Notes: generated from the letters alone by a model not told the origin. Positions 20,897 to 31,531 are shown, counted from the stretch's first letter. The stretch is DNA of 64,000 bases from Phormidesmis sp. (GCA_965248535.1 CBDFJR010000002.1:672001-736000); one strand, 5' to 3'. Translations and numbers: made by a program.

Positions 20897-21730
20897 ATGT
20901 TAGATAACCCAGCCGCATCTTTAGAGGGTGCGATCGTGAAGCTGGGCAGCGTAGACCTCAAAGTTGCTTATTCACCCGGTGAGTCTCCGGCGATCGTGCT
21001 AGTGCATGGTGGGTTAGGCAATCGCTTTAACTGGCAAAACCAGTGGGAGTTTTTACGATCGCGCGATCGCGCTGTTCTTGCCTACGATCTGGCGGGGCAT
21101 GGCGAATCTGGACGCTATCGGCGCTATTCAGTCGGCAGGCATCGTCGGGATCTAACTCGCCTTTTGCACCACTTTAAGATTCAGCACCCGATCTTGTGTT
21201 GTCACAGCTACGGCGTTCCGATCGGGCTAGAGTGGGCAAATCGTCACGCGGCCAAAGCGCTGATCGCGATCGCTGGGGGCACTCACAATCTCACGCCCTG
21301 GTGGGAAATTCCTTTGATGAAATTTTTTGCGGCGGGCGGATATCAGATCTATCACTCGCCTCAAGTTCAACAATTAATGCAGACCAATCGTGTAGATATC
21401 TCTGACCAGCCTGGCAAGTTGCCGTCTGAGTCTCATCCTTATGAGGCGATCGAGTCTTTTTGGGGCTACGACGGGCGACAGCATAAGCTTCCTTGCCCGG
21501 TGGTGGTGATCACAGGAGGACGCGATCCCGTCTTTCCGCCCCTCATGGGCGACCAGCTAGCCAACCACATGCCCACTAGCCATCATCTGGTCGTGCCTAG
21601 CTCAGGTCACTCGGTCATGGTCGAAGCACCTAACATCGTCAATCAAGCCATTTGGCAACTGCTGCATCGGGGCAGCCTGGTCGAAAGTTGGGTCGATTTA
21701 GTCGGCACTGGCTGGGTGAGCGATCGCTAA
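20897..21730 (+). CDS. Alpha/beta fold hydrolase
   Basis: Motifs VHGGLG, YDLAGHGES, CHSYG nucleophile elbow, GGRD and SGH. Confidence 0.88.
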   Translation: MLDNPAASLEGAIVKLGSVDLKVAYSPGESPAIVLVHGGLGNRFNWQNQWEFLRSRDRAVLAYDLAGHGESGRYRRYSVGRHRRDLTRLLHHFKIQHPILCCHSYGVPIGLEWANRHAAKALIAIAGGTHNLTPWWEIPLMKFFAAGGYQIYHSPQVQQLMQTNRVDISDQPGKLPSESHPYEAIESFWGYDGRQHKLPCPVVVITGGRDPVFPPLMGDQLANHMPTSHHLVVPSSGHSVMVEAPNIVNQAIWQLLHRGSLVESWVDLVGTGWVSDR

Positions 21731-21828
21731 TTTTTGCCAATAAAAAACCCAATGGCGCGACACCACTGAGTTTGGTAGCTGTGAAAGTCGATACTTTCTA
21801 TTGAAATGACTTATGGCAAACACTCAGG

Positions 21829-22240
21829 TCTGTGATTGAGGCGTTCAAGTCTTTCAATGGATTGCGAGATTTGCACTTCAAAGGTCAACTGCACTTTAAG
21901 CCTAAAGCGCCAAACTACCTTGAAGGCTCAAAGCTTTTTAAGGTAGCCTATCCCAACTCAGGAGGACAAAGACCGACTCTAATTGATGGTCAGTTGCGCT
22001 GAAAGAGTTTACGATTCTGCCTAAGAATGGTGCTTTCTATCTAGAGATGTCTTACGAAGTAAGTCCTCAAGTACATCAACTTGATGTCAATCAAGCGCTA
22101 TCAATCGACTTGGGAACTGCTGACAATCTAGCCGCTTGTGTTAGAACACGCTTATTGGGACGCATGGCTAGACCGTGCAACCCGTAAGCGCAACCATCAG
22201 ATGCGAGATGGGATTAACAAAGCGGCAAAATTGATAGTGT
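21829..22240 (+). pseudogene. tnpB: Multiply deleted tnpB relic (IS200/IS605)
   Basis: Disjoint frames encode SVIEAFKSF...PKAPNYL, KEFTILPKNGAFYLEMSY...ALSIDLGTADNLAACV (RuvC-I) and WLDRATRKRNHQMRDGINKAAKLIV. No RuvC-II, RuvC-III or tnpA. Confidence 0.8.
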
Positions 22241-22424
22241 CAGTGTCAGGGATGTCTAGAAACCTCATCTGTGATTCTACGGAACTCACTCCTACATTTC
22301 TCCTAAACTCTCAGAAAACCTGCAAAACAATCCGTATTCTCACGCTTTTGCTCTCTGTGACTATTCTAGGGAACCGAAAGCTTTTTGCATCAGCTTGGTA
22401 GGAGTACAAAATTAGTATAAAAGT

Positions 22425-23738
22425 TTAGCCGTTGCGCTCCATCGCGGCGATCGCTTTAGGCACCGCCGCCGTCAAGACTTCATTTCCGCGATCGGTCACT
22501 AACACGTCATCTTCAATGCGAATGCCGATGCCGCGCCAGCGATCGGGCACTTCTGGCTGTCCTTCAAAGGGTTTAAAGTCCGGTCGAATATAGATTCCTG
22601 GCTCGACCGTGACCACTTGACCTGGCTGAAACGGCTGCCAGGTTTCGCCAATTTTGAGCACGCCCACATCGTGGACATCTAGCCCCAGCCAGTGACCCGT
22701 GCCGTGCATAAAGAAGGGCTTATATTTTTTCTCTTTAATGATCTCTTCAATGTCGCCCTGCAAAAGTCCGAGGGACATCAGCCCTTCGACGATCGTCCGC
22801 ACCGCCGCGTCGTGAAAGAGATTCCAGGGATTGCCGGGCTGCACTTGCTCGATCGCGTTCAGTTGGGCCGTCAGCACCAATTCATAGAGAATGCGCTGCT
22901 CTGCGGTGAATTGGTTGCCAACCGGATACGTCCGCGTAATGTCTGAGTTGTAGTAGTCATAAGAGCAGCCCGCATCGACCAACAGCAGTTCGTGATCTCG
23001 CATTTGGCGACGGTTTTCGGTGTAGTGCAAAATGCAGGCGTTTGACCCAGAGGCCACGATCGAGGGATAGGCCGCGCCCAACCCGCCCCTAAGTCGAAAC
23101 AATCGCTCCATTTCTGCCTGAATCTCATATTCATAGCAGCCCGGTTTTCGCATCTCTAGCGCCAAGTTGTGGGCTTCTGCCGCAATCTCAACGGCTTTCC
23201 GCATTCGCATCAGTTCGTCTAAACTTTTCACCTGTCGCAGCGGATGCAGAATTGGGCCCGGATCTTCGATAGCGATCGGGCCCGTGCCCCGCTTGTGGTA
23301 GCTTGACATCAATCGCTGCCAGAGGCTGAGAATGGTCTGATTAAACGCCCGATCGCGCCCCATGTGATAGTAGATGCGGTCAGCCTTCTCGACATATTGG
23401 GTCAGCTTCTCATTTAGTTCAGCGATCGGGTAAGCTTCATCTGCCCCATAACGCTCTTTGGCCGCCTCTACCCCAATCCGATACCCTGACCAGGTTTCTT
23501 TATCAGCATCTTTGGGGCGCACAAACAGCACAAACTTCTGGGTCTCATGATGGGGCGCAATCACCGCTACCGCATCGGGTTCATCAAACCCTGTCAAATA
23601 GAAAAAATTGCTGTCTTGCCGAAAATTATATTCGACATCATTGTGCATGACAGCAGTCGGCGCACTGCGAAAAATGGCGGTGCCCGACCCAATCTTGGTC
23701 ATCAACTGTTCGCGACGCTGGCGATAGTCAGAATCCAT
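22425..23738 (-). CDS. pepP: Xaa-Pro aminopeptidase P
   Basis: Motifs FRQDSNFFYLTG, LHY, DAG, SDITRT, HGTGHWLGLDVHD, TVEPG and RIEDD. Confidence 0.93.
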   Translation of the reverse strand: MDSDYRQRREQLMTKIGSGTAIFRSAPTAVMHNDVEYNFRQDSNFFYLTGFDEPDAVAVIAPHHETQKFVLFVRPKDADKETWSGYRIGVEAAKERYGADEAYPIAELNEKLTQYVEKADRIYYHMGRDRAFNQTILSLWQRLMSSYHKRGTGPIAIEDPGPILHPLRQVKSLDELMRMRKAVEIAAEAHNLALEMRKPGCYEYEIQAEMERLFRLRGGLGAAYPSIVASGSNACILHYTENRRQMRDHELLLVDAGCSYDYYNSDITRTYPVGNQFTAEQRILYELVLTAQLNAIEQVQPGNPWNLFHDAAVRTIVEGLMSLGLLQGDIEEIIKEKKYKPFFMHGTGHWLGLDVHDVGVLKIGETWQPFQPGQVVTVEPGIYIRPDFKPFEGQPEVPDRWRGIGIRIEDDVLVTDRGNEVLTAAVPKAIAAMERNG

Positions 23739-23804
23739 AAAAAATAGCGGCGTGAGTGAAGGGTTAAAAACAAAGGGCAAAAAACGGTTTGCCCTGCCTT
23801 CACT

Positions 23805-24572
23805 TTAGAACCTGTAGCTGAGAACTTGAATCGCCATCCCGGTTTTTGGCAAGTCTGCTTTTTGAATCGAGAGAGCGTCGCCGCCTTTTCGGACTGGGGT
23901 GCCGCTCATCAGCTTGAGAAAGTCGTCAACTCCCACGAGGTCACACTGATCTTTAGCCGCCTGAGTGCGATATTGCGTCGGGATCACAAGTTTAGGATTC
24001 AGCACACTGATGGCTTGCTTTGCCTCTTCAGGAGTGTAGGCTTTGGGCCCGCCCCCAACGGGGATCAGCAAAACGTCTGGGCTGCCCATCAAGATTTTTT
24101 GCTCAAGGGTGACGGGGGCTGCCGCTCCGCCTAGATGCAGCACGGTCACGCCGCCCTGAGTCCAGCGCCAGGCTACGTTGCTGCCAAACCGCTTGCCGCC
24201 GACCCGATCGTGATCAGCGCTGATGCCCTGAATTTTGACCCCGCTCACGTCATAGGCTCCGGCTTCATAGAGCAAGCGAGGGTTTCCGGGCAATAGCTCG
24301 ATCGCCCCTTCGTCTAAAAGCTGACTGCTGATCAGCACCAAATCGGCGGTCAGCTTCGGCGCACGATATCCGGCAGTGCAGCCCAAACTCCGAAAAGGAT
24401 TGACGAGAATTTTCTGCCCGCTTCCGGTAAACAAAAAGCAAGTGTGTCCCAAATATTGCACTGAGAGTGAGCCAGTCTGCGCTTGAGCAGCGTCAAACCC
24501 AGAGATTACACCCGTCCCTACTGCGGTGAGCAAGCTTGCCCCGGCATATTGCACAAACTGTCTTCGTTTCAT
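23805..24572 (-). CDS. Tat-exported MBL-fold (metallo-hydrolase-like) protein
   Basis: MKRRQFVQ twin-arginine signal; YLGHTCF, HLGG and IPVGGG. Metal ligands appear degenerate. Confidence 0.85.
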   Translation of the reverse strand: MKRRQFVQYAGASLLTAVGTGVISGFDAAQAQTGSLSVQYLGHTCFLFTGSGQKILVNPFRSLGCTAGYRAPKLTADLVLISSQLLDEGAIELLPGNPRLLYEAGAYDVSGVKIQGISADHDRVGGKRFGSNVAWRWTQGGVTVLHLGGAAAPVTLEQKILMGSPDVLLIPVGGGPKAYTPEEAKQAISVLNPKLVIPTQYRTQAAKDQCDLVGVDDFLKLMSGTPVRKGGDALSIQKADLPKTGMAIQVLSYRF

Positions 24573-24646
24573 TAGCTCCCTCACAACAAAATCTAGCGGT
24601 CTAAACAGATTGACAGGTTTCGGTCAAGATCCCACCTTCAACCCTT

Positions 24647-25248
24647 CTAAATCTGATGGCTGATCTCCTGCAAAAAGTTCCTCAGGAGTTGCTTGCCTGA
24701 TGCCGTGAGCACACTTTCTGGGTGAAACTGCACCCCCTGAATATGGGGATAGTGGCGATGGCGCACACCCATAATAGTTTGGTCGTCAACCCAGGCTGTG
24801 ATTTCTAAGACTTCTGGACAAGACTCGCGATCGATGACGAGACTGTGATAGCGAGTGGCAGTCATGGGATTTTCGAGTCCGTTAAAAACGCCTGTGTCGG
24901 TGTGATGCACCTCAGAGGTTTTGCCGTGCATCAGCAGTGGGGCTGAGCTACGATCGTGCCCCCAAACACTTGCCCAATGCTTTGATGCCCCAGGCAGACC
25001 CCCAAAATCGGCAGCGTCGGGCCGAGTTGCCGAATTAAATCCAGCGAAATGCCTGCGTCGTCGGGCCGTCCGGGGCCAGGTGAGATGACTACGCCTGCGG
25101 GGTGAAGCTGACGCACTTGCTCGATCGTGATTTGATCGTTTCGATAAACTTGAATATCTGCCGCTAGGGGAAACTCAGCCCCTAACTCGCCTAGATATTG
25201 CACCAGGTTGTAGGTAAAACTGTCGTAGTTATCAATGACAAGAATCAT
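24647..25248 (-). CDS. trpG: Anthranilate/aminodeoxychorismate synthase component II, split by a frameshift at about 24945
   Basis: [16 protein letters not shown] and GVCLGHQ in one frame; MHGKTS, RYHSL and QFHPES in another. One indel restores the gene. Confidence 0.88.
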
Positions 25249-25319
25249 TTAAAAGCGTGGAAGACGTAAAACTTATTTACCATCCTCCCATATTCTTTCG
25301 CGCCCCTGCTGCTGAGTCT

Positions 25320-25781
25320 TTAATGAAGGGCTAGCTGCATAAACAGAAAGAGTTTGGGCAACAGCAGAAAGCCTGCCACTAGAAGCGCTGCGATCGAGGC
25401 CACTAAAACCGCCGCCGCCGCGCAGTCTTTGGCAATTTTGGCGAGTTCGTGATAGGACTGTTTGACCGTTAAGTCCACCACTGACTCGATCGCCGTGTTG
25501 AGCAACTCCATCGCTAAAACGGCCCCGATCGTCAGCCCAATCACCGCTAGCTCGACGACGCTAAGGTGCAAAAAAACGCCCAGGCTAACCGCTAGAGCGC
25601 CTGCAAAAACGTGAATTCTAAAGTTGCGCTGGGTTTGAAAGGCGTAGCTAAGACCCATCCAGGCATATTGAAAGCTCGTCCACAAAGTTGGAGCCACTTG
25701 CCACGCCAGATCGCGAGTGGGTTTGAGAGGCACCACTTTTGTCAAGGGGCGCTTTGAAGGTTGGCTAGGCAGTTCTGACAT
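25320..25781 (-). CDS. dgkA: Prokaryotic diacylglycerol/undecaprenol kinase family protein
   Basis: Motifs SFQYAWMG, QRNFRIH, ELLNTAIESVVD and AKIAKDCAAAAV. Confidence 0.88.
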   Translation of the reverse strand: MSELPSQPSKRPLTKVVPLKPTRDLAWQVAPTLWTSFQYAWMGLSYAFQTQRNFRIHVFAGALAVSLGVFLHLSVVELAVIGLTIGAVLAMELLNTAIESVVDLTVKQSYHELAKIAKDCAAAAVLVASIAALLVAGFLLLPKLFLFMQLALH

Positions 25782-25920
25782 AGTGACTCACGAAGGGACA
25801 GAATAGGCAATCAGCAGCATTAACAACTTGATAACTTGAGCAAGAAGTGGCTTTCTCGTCTTATTTTGCTGTAAATCAGCCCACAAGACAGTATTACAAG
25901 ATTCGTCAGAGGCGTAAAGA

Positions 25921-26439
25921 TCAGTCAATGGGCAAGGTTAGCCCGATCGCGGCTAGCAAAACCTGCTGCTGATTCAACATTCGGGTCAAGCTTTGATCAT
26001 CGGGATGATCCCACCCTAGAAGATGCAATAGCCCGTGGGCTGCTAACCACGCCAAGCTCAGTTTTTAAGCGGGTGCCTCTGCTGGTCAGACTTGGCGGGT
26101 GGCCGTGTCGATCGAGATCACAATATCGCCAAGATAGAGGGCCTCAAGCTCGTCAACAGGCTGCGGACTCTCGACCTCAAGGGCTGCAAACGCCAGCACG
26201 TCAGTCGGCTGGTCTTTGTGGCGATAGTGGTGATTGAGCGTTTGCATCTCACGATCGTCGGTGAGCCGCAAACTTAGCTCATAGGCTTCGTGCGGGTGCA
26301 GCGGCAAGCCATCGTCGAGATCGATCGGGTTGAGAAGCTCTAGCCAATGACGAAACCAAATCTCCCAAGTTTCCGCAGAAATCACGATTTCAGTCTGATC
26401 GGCTAAAAAGCACTCTTGGACACTAATTTCGACCTGCAT
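25921..26439 (-). CDS. ybeY: rRNA maturation RNase YbeY, interrupted by clustered indels at about 26050-26090
   Basis: [17 protein letters not shown] and LGDIVIS, then after the disrupted stretch [18 protein letters not shown] to a stop at 25921. Confidence 0.88.
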
Positions 26440-26451
26440 AAACCCTAGACC

Positions 26452-26646
26452 CTAACGAGTGATAAACGCCAGCCCGACTAAAACGCTCAGAAGCCCGATC
26501 GTCGTCAGAGCAAAGTGGTAGATTGAAGTGCCGCGTTTGCGAACCATGTTTCGCATAGCCAGCTTGACATAGCTGGGGTTCTTTGGATCTGTGGATTCAG
26601 AAGTCGAAGACTCAGCAGGCTCAGAGATCGGCGGTAGGTTGCTCAT
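26452..26646 (-). CDS. DUF3285 small membrane protein
   Basis: PSYVKLAMRNMVRKRGTS followed by a TM helix; typical cyanobacterial neighbour of ybeY. Confidence 0.85.
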   Translation of the reverse strand: MSNLPPISEPAESSTSESTDPKNPSYVKLAMRNMVRKRGTSIYHFALTTIGLLSVLVGLAFITR

Positions 26647-26749
26647 AAATTCTGACGCATCACAGGGTTAAAGAAGTCACGGTCAATCATTAATGTAGCA
26701 ATTTGCGGCCCTACTCCTTTTCAGTTCTTTGTTCTTTTACGGTTCTCTC

Positions 26750-27249
26750 ATGTCTCGTCTTGCCAGCATCATTGAAGCCATTCTTTATCTCAAGGCCAAC
26801 CGCTCTCGATCGCTGAGATTGCCGAGTTTGCGGCGTGCGATCGGGCCACGGCTCAAGAAGAGCTTTTAGAACTGATGACAGATTATGCCCACCGAGATAG
26901 TGCCCTAGAAATTCTAGAAACGCCTAACGGCTATAGCTTACAGCTACGAGAAGCCTATCAGCATCTGGTGCAGATCCTCGTGCCAGCCGATTTAGGTGTG
27001 GGTGAATTGCGAACCTTGGCGGCGATCGCCATCAAAGGCCCGATCGCCCAAACCGACCTAGTAGATCTGAGGGGATCAGGAGCCTATCAGCACGTTCAAG
27101 AACTCGTCGTGCAAGGCTTTGTCCGCAAGCGGCGACAGTCAGACGGACGATCGTATTGGATTCAGGTAACCGACAAGTTTCACCAATATTTTCAACTTAA
27201 CCAATTGCCTCAGAGCCTAGAGAAGCTAAGAAGCAAAGCCGCCGAGTAG
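26750..27249 (+). CDS. scpB: SMC-Scp complex subunit ScpB, with a 1-nt deletion at about 26794
   Basis: ATG 26750 gives MSRLASIIEAILYLK, then a shift to QPLSIAEIAE...LRTLAAIA...VDLRG...VTDKF. Confidence 0.88.
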
Positions 27250-27355
27250 AAAACCCATCAAAACTTCACAATCGCCCAAATCTCTCTCTAAAAAGAGGTA
27301 GGTACAGCTTTTAGAAGAAGTGTCAAAATAGGGCAATCGGCGTTTCTAAAACCTC

Positions 27356-27688
27356 ATGGCATTTAACCCTGACCAGGCTAACTCCCTCCAAACTGACGAG
27401 GCGGCTGACGTTAACGCACTTCTCAACTATCTCCAGCACCAATCCCCCGATGTTTTAGAGCGCGTGGCTCGTTCGGCTAGCCCTAGAGTCAAACAAATCA
27501 TCTCCAACAACGTGCAAGGGTTGATGGGGGTTTTGCCCTCTGAAGGCTTTGGAGTCAAAATCACTACTGATCGAGAGAATCTAGCAGGCTTGCTGGCCTC
27601 GGCGATGTTGACAGGCTATTTTCTGCGGCAGATGGAGCAACGCATGGAGCTAGAAGACCTCTCAGGCATTCACGAAGCAACCGAGTAG
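27356..27688 (+). CDS. DUF760 domain protein
   Basis: NALLNYLQ...ITTDRENLAGLLASAMLTGYFLRQMEQRMELE. Confidence 0.85.
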   Translation: MAFNPDQANSLQTDEAADVNALLNYLQHQSPDVLERVARSASPRVKQIISNNVQGLMGVLPSEGFGVKITTDRENLAGLLASAMLTGYFLRQMEQRMELEDLSGIHEATE

Positions 27689-27706
27689 CCCGGACTGCTA
27701 ATCAGG

Positions 27707-28900
27707 CTACTGATCGGCGCGATTGGTCGGAAACGCACCAGGACGAACGCGGAACGTTTTGGACTGATTGCCTCGAATGACTTCCACGCCGAGTGGGGTG
27801 CCGATCGAGCTAGATTCCACCTGCGCTTGCACGTCAGCCGAGGTCTTGACCGGAGCACCATTGATTTTTTGAATCACGTCTCCGGGCTGCAATCCGCCTT
27901 GAGCGGCCGGTGAGTTATCTAACACCCGCGCCACATAGACTCCTTGATCTTGACTAACTTTGACTTCGGTTTCTTGATCTTTGTTGAGTTCATCGCGAAT
28001 CGTCGGACTCAGATCAACCATCTGAATGCCTAGAAAAGGATGCTCAACTCGACCGTTGCTAAATAGCTGCTCAACGACTCGCCGCGCCGTCTCGATCGGA
28101 ATCGCAAAGCCCAACCCCTGAGCATCGGCCCGAATGGCGGTGTTGATGCCGATGACTTCACCGCGATCGTTGAGCAACGGCCCCCCCGAATTGCCTGGAT
28201 TGATCGCCGCATCGGTCTGAATGAAGCTGACGCGCTTATCGGGCACCCCCACCTGAGAGCTAGAGCGATCGAGGGCGCTAATAATGCCTGCGGTGACGGT
28301 GTTGTCTAGCCCAAACGGGTTGCCAATGGCGATCGCCCACTGCCCCGGAATCAGCGTTGAAGATTTGCCTAACTGCACGCTCGGAAGATTGTTGGCGTTA
28401 ATCTTAACCGCCGCCACATCCGTCACAGGATCGACTCCCACGACCTTTCCTTCAAAGGTGCGCCCGTCTTTGAGTTTGACTTCTACGGTGTCTGACCCAG
28501 ACACGACATGGGCATTAGTGATCAGACGACCGTCAGCGCTGACAATAAACCCTGACCCGGTGCCGCGCTCGACCCGATCGGCAGGGGCAGGCAGTTGGTC
28601 ACCAAAAAATCGCTTAAACAGCGGGTTGCGAAAGGTCTCTGGCACCTGGCTGGTGACTCGTCTGGCAGAGTCAATTCTGACGACGGCTGGGCCGACTTTT
28701 TCGACGGCGGCCGCAATAAAGTTTGAGTTGTTGACGGCAGTGTCTGAAATGGCAATCTTAGTCTGATTGGCAAACAGCGGCAGCCCTGAAGACAAGTTTC
28801 CAGAGAGTCGATTGTTATAGTGACTGCTGATCAGAGCAGCACCCCCTCCGATCGCTAAGAGTGACGTGCCGATCGCCAGTTGCTTAAAAGAGAGAACCAT
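27707..28900 (-). CDS. HtrA/HhoA/HhoB (Deg) serine protease with one PDZ domain
   Basis: Triad motifs TNAHV, DVA and GNSGGPL; C-terminal PDZ (FLGIQM, GLQPGDVI). Confidence 0.95.
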   Translation of the reverse strand: MVLSFKQLAIGTSLLAIGGGAALISSHYNNRLSGNLSSGLPLFANQTKIAISDTAVNNSNFIAAAVEKVGPAVVRIDSARRVTSQVPETFRNPLFKRFFGDQLPAPADRVERGTGSGFIVSADGRLITNAHVVSGSDTVEVKLKDGRTFEGKVVGVDPVTDVAAVKINANNLPSVQLGKSSTLIPGQWAIAIGNPFGLDNTVTAGIISALDRSSSQVGVPDKRVSFIQTDAAINPGNSGGPLLNDRGEVIGINTAIRADAQGLGFAIPIETARRVVEQLFSNGRVEHPFLGIQMVDLSPTIRDELNKDQETEVKVSQDQGVYVARVLDNSPAAQGGLQPGDVIQKINGAPVKTSADVQAQVESSSIGTPLGVEVIRGNQSKTFRVRPGAFPTNRADQ

Positions 28901-28940
28901 AAAACTCGATCGCTCTATACCGCCCTACTCTAACCTTAAT

Positions 28941-29671
28941 CTAGAATTTGACTAAAGCGGCTGGCTGCTCACTCGTTGGCTGACTAAGTGCGGCTGATTG
29001 GGTGATGGGTAGCACGATCGTAAACGTGGTTCCTTTGCCGATCGCTGACTGACAAAGGAGTTGCCCGTGATGTTTTTCAACCACAATTTGACGACTGATG
29101 GCCAAGCCCAACCCCGTGCCTACGCCAATCGATTTCGTGGTGAAAAATGGCTCAAAGATCTTGGCGAGTTGATCAGCCGGAATGCCCAAACCGTTATCGG
29201 CGATCGTGACCGCCACCTGATCAGGGTCAAACCGCCCAGTCGTCACGGTGATTTCAGGAGCCATCTGATCGGCTGTTTGTTCTTCAAGAGCATCGATCGC
29301 ATTGCTCAAAATGTTCATAAACACCTGATAAAGCGCCCCTGAATAGCCCTCGATCGTGGCAACTCTGCATAGCGACGAGTCACGGTGATTCTCTGTTTGA
29401 GTAAGAGTCCGATTTGGTGCGCTTTCTGGGCCCGGTCTTTGGCGATCGACGCATAGTGGTTGCCCAAAACCAGCCCCAAACTAGTGCCGAGGGCCGCAAC
29501 GCCCAGCGCTAGCCCATAGCCGCCTCTAATTTTGTGGGCGATGCTGATATGGCTAACCGCCTGATGAACTTGATGACGAAATCCGACCCGTTTGGATTCA
29601 GATTGAGCCACCGAGCGATCGGGCGATGCAGGAAAAATAGGTTCGGGCGCTTGCATATCGAAAAATTTCAC
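28941..29671 (-). pseudogene. Internally deleted, frameshifted sensor histidine kinase remnant (N-terminal TM + HATPase only)
   Basis: KIRGGYGLALGVA TM segment joins directly to KQRITVTRRYAELP, then a shift to IEGYSGALYQVFMNILSNA...DNG...FFTTK...GTGLGL. No H-box. Confidence 0.7.
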
Positions 29672-29941
29672 TACACGGCTGGAGGAAAGTTGCCCCTAAA
29701 TTCCGATCGAGCAAGACCCTAAAATCAGGGCGATGAGATCTCCCTTAAGATTCCCCCAGCGTTAACCTTCGCAACAAATAGTTTTGCTTTTAACAAATCA
29801 ATTGTGCATCTGCGACTGAGCGCTATGGGGTGCCTGACGCGGGGTTCCGTTTTGAGATACACTCCTTAACGCGGGCAGTAAACGGCTGTTCCTAAACTTG
29901 TGCCGCAGCTTAAATATCAGTTGGACATTCAAAGTGTAGTT

Positions 29942-30385
29942 ATGGCAAAGCATCGGTCAATGTGGTCTATCGTTTTAGCGTTTGTAGCGGTTTTTTTAAT
30001 TAGCTGTGGCAGCCCAACCGTGGCGAAGGTGCCGACCTATACGCCTGAGCAGGTTGCCGAAATTCAAACCTATGCCAGCGGGGTGTCATCAATGCGCGAT
30101 CGGATGCCCGAACTTCAGTCCTTGATCGCTAAAAAAGACTGGACATTTGTCCGCAATTTTATTCACGGCCCCTTGGGTGAGTTGCGGGTAAAAATGAGTG
30201 CAGTGACGCGAGATCTCTTGCCCAATGCTCAAAAGCCAGCCAGCCAAGCTGCAAAAGATGTATTTGACAATCTCGTTACCCTCGATCGGGCGGCTGAAAC
30301 GGGTGACTCTGATCTAGCAGTTCTCAACTACAACAAAGCGATCAAGGCGTTTGATGCCTTCTTTCAGCTAGTGCCTCAAGGGTGA
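29942..30385 (+). CDS. psbQ: Photosystem II lipoprotein PsbQ (CyanoQ)
   Basis: Lipobox FLISC; PTYTPEQ and WTFVRNFIHGPLGELR. Confidence 0.92.
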   Translation: MAKHRSMWSIVLAFVAVFLISCGSPTVAKVPTYTPEQVAEIQTYASGVSSMRDRMPELQSLIAKKDWTFVRNFIHGPLGELRVKMSAVTRDLLPNAQKPASQAAKDVFDNLVTLDRAAETGDSDLAVLNYNKAIKAFDAFFQLVPQG

Positions 30386-30433
30386 CAGCCAACGGGTCAT
30401 GCGTCAGAAATTTTGAGACCTCACGAGTGACCC

Positions 30434-31531
30434 ATGACCCAAATTGCAATTGTCGGATGTGGGGTTGTAGGCGCGACGATCGCTTACCAACTCAGCCAGG
30501 TTCCAGACCTGACGGTGACGGTTTTTGATCGGCAGCCTACCCCCGTCGAGTCAAATTTGACGATCTGCCCAACCGCCACAGGGGCAGCCCTAGGCGTATT
30601 AATGGGGGCAATCAGCAAAAGGCAGAAAGGCAATAATCTGCGAATGCGCCTAGAAAGCTTGCGCTATTTTGAAACGCTGATTCCTGAATTAGAAGCCTTG
30701 ACGGGGCTGAAAATCCCGTTTAATCGCAACGGGATCTTGATGCTGCAATTTGAGCAAGACCTTGCGGTTTGGGAAACGCTGATCAAGATTCGGCGATCGC
30801 AGGGTCTAACGTTAGAGATTTTAGAACGCGATCGCCTTCAGTCTGATTATCCGTTTTTGAATCTCGATCAGGTCACGGCGGCAGTTTATTCGCCCGACGA
30901 TCGTCAGGTCAACCCCGTCGCCTTAACCCAGGCACTGATCGCTGGGGCAAAGCAGCGAGGGGTGACGTTTCACTTCGACACGCCCGTGACGGGAGCCAGC
31001 GATCGTGATGTTCACACCTCTAGGGGACAGATGGCGATCGATTGGCTCGTGATCTCAGCCGGGTTAGGCTCAACGCCCCTCACCGCCTCTCTCAAACAGC
31101 CGATTGATATCCGTCCGGTTTTAGGTCAGGCAGTTCATCTCCACCTCGACCAGCCGCTAGGAGTTTCAGACCTCCAGCCCATCATCACAGGCAACGATGT
31201 TCATATCGTGCCCCTAGCAGGCAGCGACTATTGGGTCGGGGCAACGGTTGAGTTTCCCTCTGAGACAGGAGACGTGCAGCCCGATACCGCGAGTTTTAGA
31301 GCGGTGATTGAGCAAGCGATCGCCCTGTGCCCTGATTTAGCCAAGGCTGAAACCCTCCGCACTTGGTATGGGTTGCGTCCTCGTCCTCACGGTCGCCCGG
31401 CCCCGATTATCGAACGGCTTCCAGGCTATCAAACCATTTTGTTAGCCACCGGGCACTATCGCAACGGAGTCTTGCTCGCCCCTGCGACAGCAGAGCAGGT
31501 AAAAAGGGCCATCTTGCAGTCAACAGTGTGA
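30434..31531 (+). CDS. FAD-dependent oxidoreductase (DAO/glycine oxidase-like)
   Basis: Motifs IVGCGVVG, GLRPRP and ATGHYRNGVLLAPAT. Confidence 0.88.
   Translation: MTQIAIVGCGVVGATIAYQLSQVPDLTVTVFDRQPTPVESNLTICPTATGAALGVLMGAISKRQKGNNLRMRLESLRYFETLIPELEALTGLKIPFNRNGILMLQFEQDLAVWETLIKIRRSQGLTLEILERDRLQSDYPFLNLDQVTAAVYSPDDRQVNPVALTQALIAGAKQRGVTFHFDTPVTGASDRDVHTSRGQMAIDWLVISAGLGSTPLTASLKQPIDIRPVLGQAVHLHLDQPLGVSDLQPIITGNDVHIVPLAGSDYWVGATVEFPSETGDVQPDTASFRAVIEQAIALCPDLAKAETLRTWYGLRPRPHGRPAPIIERLPGYQTILLATGHYRNGVLLAPATAEQVKRAILQSTV

Noticed and set aside
22138..22401. 87-aa ORF as a real gene
   Set aside because: It is a chimera of a tnpB fragment and downstream non-coding repeat sequence.
24931..27249. 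Programmed frameshifting in trpG, ybeY or scpB
   Set aside because: No slippery-site/SD architecture as in prfB; the clustering of indels points to sequencing error.
28284..28766. 160-aa antisense ORF within htrA, and the many similar 60-140 aa shadow ORFs in the track
   Set aside because: They overlap well-supported genes on the opposite strand or in another frame and have no recognisable motifs.
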